Part shown: positions 49,230 to 58,141 of the stretch, piece by piece
Numbering within the stretch: position 1 is the stretch's first letter
Layout: each line of letters begins with the position of its first letter
NCBI GenBank assembly: GCA_963667015.2
Contig: CAXXJJ010000004.1
Coordinates: forward strand, 2,880,001 to 2,944,000
DNA from: Desulfatiglandales bacterium
GTDB taxonomy: Bacteria > Desulfobacterota > DSM-4660 > Desulfatiglandales > HGW-15
Direction of reading: 5' to 3'
DNA length: 64,000 nucleotides
Program-made: the position numbers and the translations under genes
Notes under the pieces: generated by a model
Database searches by the model: none
Seen by the model: the letters and a program-made list of their open reading frames with translations, nothing else
Told to the model about the DNA's origin: nothing

Positions 49230-49853
49230 ATGAAATTATCGATTAAATCAGAATGGAAAATAGTTAAAGAGAAACTTATTAAAATAGACTCAAAATTGAA
49301 GACCGAAACCACTCCTATTCCAACGCGCCAAATGTGCGAATTGCTAATCGCAGGGGAGGACCATCGTTTTAGATTCCACCCTGGAGTTGATATAATCGGA
49401 TTAATGCGTTCAATTTGGAAAACAATAATATATAGGAATAGACAGGGTGGATCGACTATTGCAATGCAACTTGTTAGAACACTTACTGGTAGATATGAAA
49501 AAACATTTCTTCGTAAAATTCGTGAAATTATCCTTGCATTAATGGCTACAAAACATTTCGGAAAAAACAGTCTTCCTATGTGTTACCTATATGTTGGGTA
49601 CTACGGATGGAGAATGAATAACTTTAAGCAGGCTTGCATAAAATTAAGTATTGAACCTGAATTAGTTGATGAATTTGAAGCTGCAAAACTAATTGCCAGG
49701 CTTAAGTACCCAGAGCCAGGCAAATACAGCTCTGATAGGTTTTACAAAATAGAAAGACGTGCGAGACACCTTATTTCAATAAAAAATAACAAAAACATTA
49801 TAGGGATATATGGAACCTTTCAGAATTACGGCGCCGCTTCAAGGTCTAATTGA
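49230..49853 (+). CDS. Cassette gene 1: GT51 transglycosylase-domain protein without membrane anchor
   Basis: EDHRFRFHPG, GGSTIAMQLVR, RKIRE motifs; charged N-terminus. Confidence 0.8.
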   Translation: MKLSIKSEWKIVKEKLIKIDSKLKTETTPIPTRQMCELLIAGEDHRFRFHPGVDIIGLMRSIWKTIIYRNRQGGSTIAMQLVRTLTGRYEKTFLRKIREIILALMATKHFGKNSLPMCYLYVGYYGWRMNNFKQACIKLSIEPELVDEFEAAKLIARLKYPEPGKYSSDRFYKIERRARHLISIKNNKNIIGIYGTFQNYGAASRSN

Positions 49854-50487
49854 AACTTATCCACGTACAGAGATTGTGATAGACGCAGTGACACGTGGCG
49901 GAGAACCAGCACTTCAGTATTTAGCAAGGCTTTGGTTGTCCGAGGGTATCCCATACGCATTTCGTGAATGCCCAGCTGTATACGAGTCGATTCGCTCTTG
50001 GCTTGGTAATTGGATTGGTGTTCACCCGAAAGAGATAGGTCTTACTGGTAGTTCTCGTTTAGGGTCTTCTTTAGCACCAAACAAGCTTGGTAAACCATTA
50101 AGCAAAGACTCCGACCTTGATTTGTTTATCGTTTCGAGCTCATTATTCTCAGCTCTTAAGGAAGAATTTCGAAAATGGTCTTTCGACTTTGAAAGTGGGG
50201 AAACAGAACCAACAAATAAAAGAGAGGCGGGATTTTGGGCCGATAATAATGCACGCGGGCCTCAGATGCTATCCCGTGGTTTTATCGATCAAAAAATGAT
50301 CCCCAATTTAGTGCGATATCCTATTACTAAAAAAATCAGCCAAGGAATGTGGCTGTTGGTGGAGAAACTTAAAATAACACAACGTGCACCTCAACCACCT
50401 GCAGCTTCAATACGATGCTATGAAACCTGGGAAAGTTATGTGAGACAAACATCAATAAATCTATCAAAATTAAAACAAAAAAACTAA
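49810..50487 (+). CDS. Cassette gene 2: Pol-beta-superfamily nucleotidyltransferase-like protein
   Basis: LTGSSRLG...DSDLDLFIV (GS + DxD). Confidence 0.65.
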   Translation: MEPFRITAPLQGLIETYPRTEIVIDAVTRGGEPALQYLARLWLSEGIPYAFRECPAVYESIRSWLGNWIGVHPKEIGLTGSSRLGSSLAPNKLGKPLSKDSDLDLFIVSSSLFSALKEEFRKWSFDFESGETEPTNKREAGFWADNNARGPQMLSRGFIDQKMIPNLVRYPITKKISQGMWLLVEKLKITQRAPQPPAASIRCYETWESYVRQTSINLSKLKQKN

Positions 50488-50544
50488 CCATTTGCTTGTA
50501 TGGACGCGCAAAACAACCGCGCGCCTCACAGCAATACGTTAGCA
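50482..50544 (+). repeat. attC (short type)
   Basis: AACTAAC...GTTAGCA. Confidence 0.8.
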
Positions 50545-50599
50545 CTTTACCGGTATAAGAGACAACGAAACAATATATTATTTGGAGTGATGAGAATAA

Positions 50600-50935
50600 A
50601 TGACAGAAATAAATATAGCAGAAGGAATTGGAAAGGAAATAATTAAAAATCTTCATGACTATTATGAAGAGATTACGATGGAAGAAGCAGAGTATATTCC
50701 TTTGATTAAAAGGGTTATAAAAGCAATTAATAATTACATCAATTTATATGATATATCTAAATTTGATAACAAAACATTAAAAGAAACATTACTTGTATAT
50801 GCAAGGGATCTATACGTTGAAGTATGTCAAATCAATGCGAAAGAAAATGGCGAGGAGATTTCCTCAAAGCAAGTCAAAGAGGAATCTGAAGAGATTTTTA
50901 ATTATATTTATGAACACGAAGAGTATCCTTTTTAG
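50600..50935 (+). CDS. Cassette: acidic hypothetical protein
   Basis: Fills the cassette. Confidence 0.65.
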   Translation: MTEINIAEGIGKEIIKNLHDYYEEITMEEAEYIPLIKRVIKAINNYINLYDISKFDNKTLKETLLVYARDLYVEVCQINAKENGEEISSKQVKEESEEIFNYIYEHEEYPF

Positions 50936-50949
50936 ATAAGGAAAAAATG

Positions 50950-51077
50950 TGCTAACATCAGCATCTACAAGGACATGCTAATATCTTGCCGAATCAGGCT
51001 TTCAAGGTTCGCGAATATTCTTCTACTAATAATCTTTAAAGGTATGCACCGCATGCCTGTAATGCAGCACGTTATGT
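50950..51077 (+). repeat. attC
   Basis: TGCTAAC...GTTATGT. Confidence 0.85.
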
Positions 51078-51099
51078 AAATAAGGAAGAGGAGAAACAA

Positions 51100-51936
51100 T
51101 TGAATACACTACCTGATGATTTAATAAATTTTCTTCGCCAAAGTCGTCAATTAGAATACGATGTACCGAATTCCACGATAGGGCCTATTAGGATGAAAAC
51201 TGAAAAGGATCTAGAGCTTAATACTATTTCTTTTTATCCCGCTACTCAATCAATAATAGATGATCCTTATAGTGATTTGGATGGATTGTACATTGCTGAG
51301 GTAATCGATCTTATATCAGAATCTGAAGACTACGACCCGGAAGGCCTATTATGTTGGGTTCCTTCTTTAAAAAGTTATGCCTGCATTGATGCGGAACATG
51401 GCACAGTATTAAAATTCATGGATACAACATGGTCTGATATTTCCGAAAATCCCATAGCTTATCTTGATGCCCAATGGGATTTTGTAAGTATAGATACTAA
51501 ATCGGAAATTATACTCCCTTGGTTACACTTTCCTTTCGAGCTTGAAGAATACGATCAAATCTTGAAGCCATATCCATCAATTTGCTCTGTTCATGTTGAG
51601 CCTGTTATCGCTAAAAAATTTAATAAGCCTCCATTATTTAATGCCTTGCGGCAACGAGAACTATCACAATGGATTGAAAGATATACAACTTACTTTCCTT
51701 GTTCAGGTGTTCCGGTGACGGAAGACGAGTTACTTTGTTGCATTAAATGCCATGAAGAGGAAGCTAAATGGATAAGTGAGATAGATGATGCTATTATAGC
51801 CATCGATGAAAAACCAAACGAAGATGGATGGTTAAAATGTCCCTTTTGTGGTAAACGGTTCAAAATAAATGATAAAGAGATTTTTAAAGATGGCGTACAT
51901 TTAATGTGTGGTCAAAAGATTTCTATTATGTCTTAG
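51100..51936 (+). CDS. Cassette: SUKH/SMI1-like N-terminus + Cys/Zn-ribbon C-terminus
   Basis: LPDDLINFL start; CSVH, CIKC, CPFC. Confidence 0.5.
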   Translation: MNTLPDDLINFLRQSRQLEYDVPNSTIGPIRMKTEKDLELNTISFYPATQSIIDDPYSDLDGLYIAEVIDLISESEDYDPEGLLCWVPSLKSYACIDAEHGTVLKFMDTTWSDISENPIAYLDAQWDFVSIDTKSEIILPWLHFPFELEEYDQILKPYPSICSVHVEPVIAKKFNKPPLFNALRQRELSQWIERYTTYFPCSGVPVTEDELLCCIKCHEEEAKWISEIDDAIIAIDEKPNEDGWLKCPFCGKRFKINDKEIFKDGVHLMCGQKISIMS

Positions 51937-51955
51937 TATTATATAACCTTGAATT

Positions 51956-52022
51956 ACATAACATCGGCTTTCACCGGAAAGCCTGATGAGTCGTCGGCTT
52001 CCCGTGAAGCCGGGCGTTATTT
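51956..52022 (+). repeat. attC (short type)
   Basis: ACATAAC...GTTATTT. Confidence 0.88.
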
Positions 52023-52037
52023 TTCGAATATGAATAA

Positions 52038-52406
52038 ATGGCAAAAGTAAAATTTAAAAATGTTTTCATTACTATTATGGGGTCTTTACTTTTTCTAGGC
52101 GTTGTAGGTTTTATTCTATTTGCCTATCAAAAAGTACAAAGTGGTCACGGCATTGAATATTATCGAACTGGACGTGGCGATCAAATGAGTTACATCGGAG
52201 CTTTAATAACTTTTGGGCTTATTCCCGGTGCTCTATTTTTTGGCTGGTTAGGTAATAAAATTTATGGTCTTCGAAAAAAACAATTAAAAACAAAAGAAAA
52301 GACGAAAATAACCCGGCAATTAAGTGCGACTGGCTGGTTTTTCTTGCCGATTGAATTTCAATGGGGTCAATGGTCTTCATACTTTATCCACCATCAGTAC
52401 CATTAA
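52038..52406 (+). CDS. Cassette: 2-TM protein that reads into its attC
   Basis: Two TM helices; stop lies about 95 nt past the R'' box. Confidence 0.65.
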   Translation: MAKVKFKNVFITIMGSLLFLGVVGFILFAYQKVQSGHGIEYYRTGRGDQMSYIGALITFGLIPGALFFGWLGNKIYGLRKKQLKTKEKTKITRQLSATGWFFLPIEFQWGQWSSYFIHHQYH

Positions 52407-52436
52407 CCCGCCAGCGCCTTATCGCCACCGTTATAC
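52306..52436 (+). repeat. attC
   Basis: AAATAAC...GTTATAC. Confidence 0.85.
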
Positions 52437-52444
52437 AGAGGAAT

Positions 52445-52747
52445 ATGTATCCTGAAATTTATACATCTAAAGAAATCTCTCTCATTAAATCTCTAATGAA
52501 TAAATTTCGAGAGATTATCGCTGATGACGAAGCCCTATATGGTTTTTCACTAGAGGAATTTGACGTCGTAATGAATGCTTTTCCAGATGTGGATCTAATT
52601 GATGAAGAGCCCACTGGAATAGATCATTCTTGGATTGTTTTAAATAATATGTATTCATTTTTATTGGATGATAATCCCAATAAAATACTAAAAACAGAAG
52701 AAAGAGAACTTGTAAAGGCCATGTGGGGGAAATTAAAAAATGTATAA
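52445..52747 (+). CDS. Cassette: acidic hypothetical protein
   Basis: GAGGA RBS, stop in R''. Confidence 0.65.
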   Translation: MYPEIYTSKEISLIKSLMNKFREIIADDEALYGFSLEEFDVVMNAFPDVDLIDEEPTGIDHSWIVLNNMYSFLLDDNPNKILKTEERELVKAMWGKLKNV

Positions 52748-52867
52748 CATGGCATTCAACAAGACGTGCTACTATCTTGCCGAATCGGCCTTTCAAGGTT
52801 TGCATAATTTGTACCTTTAATAACCTTAAATGGTAGGCACCGCACGCGTGTTAATTTTTCGTTATAA
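52742..52867 (+). repeat. attC
   Basis: GTATAAC...GTTATAA. Confidence 0.85.
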
Positions 52868-52891
52868 GGCTCGGAATATTACAAAGGAATA

Positions 52892-53212
52892 TTGTTAATG
52901 GATGAATGGTCTGATGAATTAAAATTATTTGCAGTTCTTTCAAGTGTAAAGGTTCTACTTGAAACAGTAAGTCAAGAAGATGGGTTTGGTTTAGAATCTT
53001 CAGAAGAATCACTTAAAATCATAAATGATGCAATTGCATTTTTCCTTGAACCTAAATCAAATGATTTTTCAGAAACATTATCAATGCATTTTGGGCCAAC
53101 TGGTCCGCTTCAAGAAATTTCAATATCTAATGGCTGGGATGAAGTCTATTTAAAATTAGCAGAACAGTTTGAAAAATACGCGTATTGTCTTGAAAAGAAA
53201 AAAGACTTATAA
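52892..53212 (+). CDS. Cassette: acidic helical hypothetical protein
   Basis: FGPTGPLQEISISNGW motif; stop in R''. Confidence 0.65.
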   Translation: MLMDEWSDELKLFAVLSSVKVLLETVSQEDGFGLESSEESLKIINDAIAFFLEPKSNDFSETLSMHFGPTGPLQEISISNGWDEVYLKLAEQFEKYAYCLEKKKDL

Positions 53213-53335
53213 CAATAAAATCAACAAGGACATGCTACTATATCGCCGAATCGGTCTTTCGAGGTTCGCGAAATTTTTTATATTAAATAATCTTTATAGG
53301 TAGGCACCGCATGCCTGTTATTTTTGGCGTTGGCG
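53207..53335 (+). repeat. attC
   Basis: TTATAAC...GTTGGCG. Confidence 0.85.
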
Positions 53336-53604
53336 TGCTGGAAAGTAGAAAGAATATAATTACAGTGGAAGCGGAAATGAAGTTGACAATAACATGTAAC
53401 TCAAGGGCGCGAGAATTGATCTGGAAATAAAAAGGTAACAAAACAAAGGAAATCCATTCCCCTGAAATTCCTTTGAAAATTAAATCAAAACAATATAAAA
53501 AGAATCATTCAAAAAACATAGTATTCAAAAAGCATCAAATCTTTAAAATCAGTAATTGAAAGTAAGCAGTCAAAAACAAACTAAACAGGTCGGCGGCAGC
53601 CAAC
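53330..53604 (+). repeat. Gene-less family B cassette body, copy 3
   Basis: Homolog of 37199-37474. Confidence 0.85.
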
Positions 53605-53729
53605 CATTGCATCTACAAGGACCGTGCTATTTTTTTCGCCTTTTTTAAATTACCTGCCAACTCGGAATCTTCGTATTTTTAACATGGTAAGTTGGTTTGC
53701 ACCGCGGCCTGTAATGCTTTTCGTTAGAA
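53598..53729 (+). repeat. attC
   Basis: AGCCAAC...GTTAGAA. Confidence 0.85.
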
Positions 53730-53734
53730 CTCAT

Positions 53735-54067
53735 ATGAAAATAAAAACCAAACAGATAATCGCGCTCTTAATAATGGTAATATTCTATTCACCATTTATT
53801 TACTCTGGAGCTATCAAAAATCCGAATAATATTGATTTTGGATCTAGCACATTATTGTGGTATTTATTTGGCCTTATTTCGTTCCCAGTAATTTACTTTG
53901 TTTTAGGAAAAGAAGTTTTTCAAAAAACAAAACTTTGGGAAAAAGATGGATACACGGGCTTTTGGGAATGGATAAAGCATAGCAAAAGTTTCACGGCAAG
54001 AATCTTCCGGTGGGGAAATATTTTTGCATTACTTATAATTATATTTTCATTATTCGCAGTAATATAA
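53735..54067 (+). CDS. Cassette: 3-TM protein
   Basis: Start moved out of the attC. Confidence 0.65.
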   Translation: MKIKTKQIIALLIMVIFYSPFIYSGAIKNPNNIDFGSSTLLWYLFGLISFPVIYFVLGKEVFQKTKLWEKDGYTGFWEWIKHSKSFTARIFRWGNIFALLIIIFSLFAVI

Positions 54068-54081
54068 AAAAACAAAAGAGG

Positions 54082-54212
54082 TTCTAACATCACAATTAAG
54101 TGGGACTAGCTGGTTTTTCATGCCGATTGGAATCCATCAGTATCAATGGTCTTCGTACTTTAACGACCATAGTTACCATTAACCCGCTAGCCCCTTATTG
54201 TGGGCGTTATAA
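54082..54212 (+). repeat. attC
   Basis: TTCTAAC...GTTATAA. Confidence 0.85.
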
Positions 54213-54213
54213 A

Positions 54214-54654
54214 ATGAGAAAAATGAAAAAAATAATCATATTACTACTACCATTATTATTCTTTTCCTGTGCTTCATTACATATCAATAATGAAAGAGTT
54301 CAAAATATCGAAATCATATACGAACCAAGACCAGATTTGAGGGATTCACCATTAGTAATTCCATTAAGATACGAAGGCACAATAAATATATTAATCAGAG
54401 AACTTAATAACTCTAAAAAATCTTTCATTTTATTTGCGGCTAAGGAAGTCTTGGAAGAGGGAAGATATGAAATTCATATTAAATATAATGACAAAGAAAT
54501 CATAGATACATTTGATGTTTCTAATACTGAAGATGTATTCTGGGAAAATAAAAATAAGCTATACAAAAATAAACAATTACTTAATTTTGTAAGGTCATTG
54601 CTATTTAGCGAACTGAGTAGACGTAAAATAAAATTGAATGATGTTACCCAATAA
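54214..54654 (+). CDS. Cassette: lipoprotein
   Basis: MKKIIILLLPLLFFSC lipobox-like signal. Confidence 0.7.
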   Translation: MRKMKKIIILLLPLLFFSCASLHINNERVQNIEIIYEPRPDLRDSPLVIPLRYEGTINILIRELNNSKKSFILFAAKEVLEEGRYEIHIKYNDKEIIDTFDVSNTEDVFWENKNKLYKNKQLLNFVRSLLFSELSRRKIKLNDVTQ

Positions 54655-54656
54655 TT

Positions 54657-54785
54657 TTATAACATCACGTTCAAGGCGACCTGGCTACTATATCGCCGAG
54701 CGAGCAGAGTCAACATTATCAACCATCTTAGGAGTATGAGGCTTGGTGCCATAAAAACGCCAGGCTCCTTAACTCCGCGTTAAAA
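54657..54785 (+). repeat. attC
   Basis: TTATAAC...GTTAAAA. Confidence 0.85.
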
Positions 54786-55015
54786 GCTGAAAAGGGATGG
54801 GTGAAAAATGGTATTTGGTAAAAATGGCAGCGTTGCCAAATTTACCAAATGGCAGTAGAAGAAATAAAAATCCGGGATGAATTAATCCCATTTGGCGGAT
54901 CTGGCAGTGTCGCCAAATCCGCCAAATGTAAAAATAAAATCAAAATATTGTTGTAATAATAACTGGTTATCAAAAATACAAGGTCGGTAAATAGCAGGCG
55001 AAATTGGCTTTTAAC
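54780..55015 (+). repeat. Gene-less family A cassette body, copy 5 (co-varied palindromes)
   Basis: Palindromes at 54812-54851 and 54889-54928. Confidence 0.85.
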
Positions 55016-55096
55016 CTGTCGCTTCACAAGACCACGAGGGGCTTCTTTCAATTTTTGCTGAGCATCTCGGCGTGGCTTGTGAGCTGGCCGTTAAGT
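55009..55096 (+). repeat. attC
   Basis: TTTTAAC...GTTAAGT. Confidence 0.9.
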
Positions 55097-55103
55097 GAAG
55101 GAC

Positions 55104-55502
55104 ATGAGAGAAGAATTAAAATATCCTAAAATTGAAGCCATTGATTCAGTGTTAATGAAAATAGGTGTAGAGCCATCATCGAGATATGATGAACACGATC
55201 AGGACCATGAATATACAACGTGTCGAATCGAAGAGATTGAAAAGTATTTTACTCTTTACAAAAAGAATGACACAACATTTTTTGAAAAAAGAGTTCTTGG
55301 TTGTTATTTTTTAGAGTGCCTTAACGAATATCTCGAAGACAATAAATTTCCACACGTTTTACAAAATGAAATTTTAAGCCTATTACATACTGATATTGAA
55401 ATTCATGAATCAGAACTTGAATATTGGTCAAATACCTCTAATGGTAGCAAAGAAGATTGGTGGGCGATTACATCGGAAATAATAAACTGGAGAAACACTT
55501 AA
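55104..55502 (+). CDS. Cassette: acidic hypothetical protein
   Basis: Fills the cassette, stop in R''. Confidence 0.65.
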   Translation: MREELKYPKIEAIDSVLMKIGVEPSSRYDEHDQDHEYTTCRIEEIEKYFTLYKKNDTTFFEKRVLGCYFLECLNEYLEDNKFPHVLQNEILSLLHTDIEIHESELEYWSNTSNGSKEDWWAITSEIINWRNT

Positions 55503-55581
55503 CCTGCCGCTCTACCAGACCCCGGAGGGTTCCTTGCTTGTCGCGGAAATCACGGCGGGGCTGGTAAGCTAAACGTTATGA
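55497..55581 (+). repeat. attC
   Basis: ACTTAAC...GTTATGA. Confidence 0.8.
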
Positions 55582-55591
55582 GAGGACAAAT

Positions 55592-55924
55592 ATGAATAAA
55601 ATAATACTAATCATGCTTCTGCTTTCACTTTGTTCTTCATGTGTTTCTACTGTATCGTCGAAAAATGAAATAGGAAAATTCAATGTTAATGTTTCTTTTT
55701 CAGAAAAATACAATACAGATGTTGCAAGTATTTCAGGCATAAGTCAAGACAGCGCATTGTGGATCAATAGTTATAAAATAAATTACAAAAATGATAAGGT
55801 CATTCTAATCATCAAAAAGGGTTTAAGGGAAACCGGTATTTCGGGACCATATCTTATAGAATTTCCTATTTCAAAGTCTGTTAATGAAATTTATTTAGAT
55901 TCGGAAGTCATTTGGAAAAGATAA
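55592..55924 (+). CDS. Cassette: lipoprotein
   Basis: MNKIILIMLLLSLCSSC. Confidence 0.7.
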   Translation: MNKIILIMLLLSLCSSCVSTVSSKNEIGKFNVNVSFSEKYNTDVASISGISQDSALWINSYKINYKNDKVILIIKKGLRETGISGPYLIEFPISKSVNEIYLDSEVIWKR

Positions 55925-55941
55925 CTGAGGCAGGAAAAGAC

Positions 55942-56069
55942 TCATAACATGTCATTCAACAAGACGTGCTTACTATCTTGCCGAATCGCGCTTTTAAGGT
56001 TTACGATATTTATACTTTAAATAATCTTCCGTGGCAGATTTCCGCACGCATGTTAATTTTTCGTTGTAA
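55942..56069 (+). repeat. attC
   Basis: TCATAAC...GTTGTAA. Confidence 0.85.
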
Positions 56070-56097
56070 GTCAAAAATATTAAATGGCAATATTGTA

Positions 56098-56403
56098 ATG
56101 GACTGGGACAATATAAAAATAAAAGCGATAGTTCGGTTGCGGTTCTTAAGGGATAAAAAACTTCCAATTCAAATTGGGCACTTTGGGTGTCCGAGTGAAA
56201 TTGAAGGTTTCCCAACTGAAAACTTATGGGACGTCAGAATTCAAATAAAAAAAGATTATGTCGCGAAAGACGAAACTATTGAAACCCAGATTGTATTTAT
56301 TTCACCAGATGTCGCCGAGCAGCATCTTAAAAAAGGTGCAAAGATAAAATTGTGGGAATTAGGCGACCTAGCTGAAGGGGAAATAATAAATCTACTTTAT
56401 TAA
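56098..56403 (+). CDS. Cassette: stand-alone EF-Tu domain III-like protein
   Basis: IKAIVRL...LKKGAKIKLWE..LAEGEI pattern. Confidence 0.45.
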   Translation: MDWDNIKIKAIVRLRFLRDKKLPIQIGHFGCPSEIEGFPTENLWDVRIQIKKDYVAKDETIETQIVFISPDVAEQHLKKGAKIKLWELGDLAEGEIINLLY

Positions 56404-56443
56404 GCATTGAATCCAAACAATTAAAATATGGTACAAAGGCAAC

Positions 56444-56510
56444 TTACAACAAATCAATAAACCCGACCGGGCGATAAAACGCCGCCCGGCCGGTTATCGT
56501 GTCGTTAAAA
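56444..56510 (+). repeat. attC (short type)
   Basis: TTACAAC...GTTAAAA. Confidence 0.88.
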
Positions 56511-56828
56511 GTTGAAATGGAACATGTGTCACATGCTATTTGGCCGATCCGGCAATGTTGCCAAAAAGGCCAAATAGTAAAATAGAATAAGTAATCAAAA
56601 GGGAAATCCAGGTAATAAAATTGCTATTTGGTAAAAATGGCAGCGTTGCCAAATTTACCAAATGGCAGTAGAAGAAATAAAAATCCGGGATGAATTAATC
56701 CCATTTGGCGGATCTGGCAGTGTCGCCAAATCCGCCAAATGTAAAAATAAAATCAAAATTAAGTCATAATAATAACTGGTTATCAAAAAACAATAGTCGG
56801 TAAATAGCAGGCGAAATCGGCTTTTAAC
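56505..56828 (+). repeat. Gene-less family A cassette body, copy 6 (three palindromes)
   Basis: Palindromes start at 56537, 56625 and 56702. Confidence 0.85.
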
Positions 56829-56909
56829 CTGTCGCTTCACAAGACCACGAGGGGCTTCTTTCAATTTTTGCTGAGCATCTCGGCGTGGCTTGTGAGCTGG
56901 CTGTTATAA
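56822..56909 (+). repeat. attC
   Basis: TTTTAAC...GTTATAA. Confidence 0.9.
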
Positions 56910-56930
56910 CTGCAAAGAAAATAAATAATC

Positions 56931-57260
56931 ATGAAAAATAAATACATTGGTAAATGGCGTATTAGAGAGATGGAACACTGGGACCAAAATTTTATTGACC
57001 TAGACACTCCTGGTTATTTTTTATTCGAAAAAGACAAAAGTGGTCATTTTCATTTTGTAGCAATTGAAGGCGAGATCGACTACAGAATAGAAGAAGTTGG
57101 AGAAGTTGAAAGAATAGAATTCTCATGGGTCGGGCATGATGAAGGTGACCCTGTATCCGGTCGTGGCTGGGCAGTCATTGACGGTAATGAAATGCATGGA
57201 AAAATCTATTTTCATATGGGAGATGGTTCTTGGTTTAAAGCAAAAAGAAAAACCAAATAA
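56931..57260 (+). CDS. Cassette: beta-rich hypothetical protein
   Basis: GKWRI, FSWVGHDEGDPVSGRGWA. Confidence 0.7.
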   Translation: MKNKYIGKWRIREMEHWDQNFIDLDTPGYFLFEKDKSGHFHFVAIEGEIDYRIEEVGEVERIEFSWVGHDEGDPVSGRGWAVIDGNEMHGKIYFHMGDGSWFKAKRKTK

Positions 57261-57284
57261 AATAAGTCCTCAACTTCAATATTA

Positions 57285-57412
57285 TTATAACATCAGCATC
57301 TACAAGGACATGCTATTATATCGCCAAATCGACCTATTGAGTTTCGCGATATTATATTCTAATAATAATTTTAAAGGTATGCACCGCATGCCTGTAATGC
57401 AGCACGTTATAA
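57285..57412 (+). repeat. attC
   Basis: TTATAAC...GTTATAA. Confidence 0.85.
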
Positions 57413-57440
57413 GCAAACCAGTAATTAAGGAAAATAGTTA

Positions 57441-57788
57441 ATGTCAAATCGAGACAGCAAGGTAATAGGATATTTTTCATATTCTTCCCCAACAGAAGTT
57501 GTATGCACAGGAAACGCATGTGTAATATCGGGATCTGATAAATTTATGAGTTCCTATATTAATGAAATTGACCCGACTGGACAAAAAAAGAGAACAATTA
57601 AAAAGACTAGATTCGGTGAAATCCTTAGAGGTCTAAAACTTGGAGCAGCCTACGCTTTCGATGAGGAATCATATGGCAGGTTTTATCCTCTTGCTCTGGA
57701 AGAAGGTTTAGCTGTTGAAAAAGCTGATTTTGAGAAAATGAGATCCCAGAATTTACGTTTCTTTACTGTACAACTTAAGAGCTTATAA
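57441..57788 (+). CDS. Cassette: hypothetical protein
   Basis: AAGGA RBS, stop in R''. Confidence 0.7.
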   Translation: MSNRDSKVIGYFSYSSPTEVVCTGNACVISGSDKFMSSYINEIDPTGQKKRTIKKTRFGEILRGLKLGAAYAFDEESYGRFYPLALEEGLAVEKADFEKMRSQNLRFFTVQLKSL

Positions 57789-57871
57789 CCATTAAATCAA
57801 CGTGACCGCGGTGGGCCTCTTTTAATTTTTCCGGAACACCTTGGCGCGGCACGTTATTTAGCCCGTTGGCG
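57783..57871 (+). repeat. attC
   Basis: TTATAAC...GTTGGCG. Confidence 0.88.
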
Positions 57872-58141
57872 TGCTTGAAAGTAGAAAGAATGAAATTACA
57901 GGGAAATCGGAAATAAAGTTGCCAATAACATGTAACTCAAGGGCGCGAGAATTGATCTGGAAATAAGAAGGTAAAAAAATATCAAGGAAATCCATTCCTC
58001 GGAAATTCTTTGAAAAATAATTCAGAACAATATAAAAAGAATAATCAAAAAACATAGTATTCAAAAAGCATCAAATCTTTAAAAAACAGTAATTGAAAGT
58101 AAGCAGTCAAAAACAAACTAAACAGGTTGGCGGCAGCCAAC
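57866..58141 (+). repeat. Gene-less family B cassette body, copy 4
   Basis: Homolog of 37199-37474. Confidence 0.85.

Noticed and set aside
30841..56864. Repeated minus-strand ORFs 'MKEAPRGLVKRQVKS...' (30841, 31257, 38431, 54842, 56655)
   Set aside because: They start inside the attC, vary in length and stop position, and are absent from the copy with a different attC. They are by-products of the repeat.
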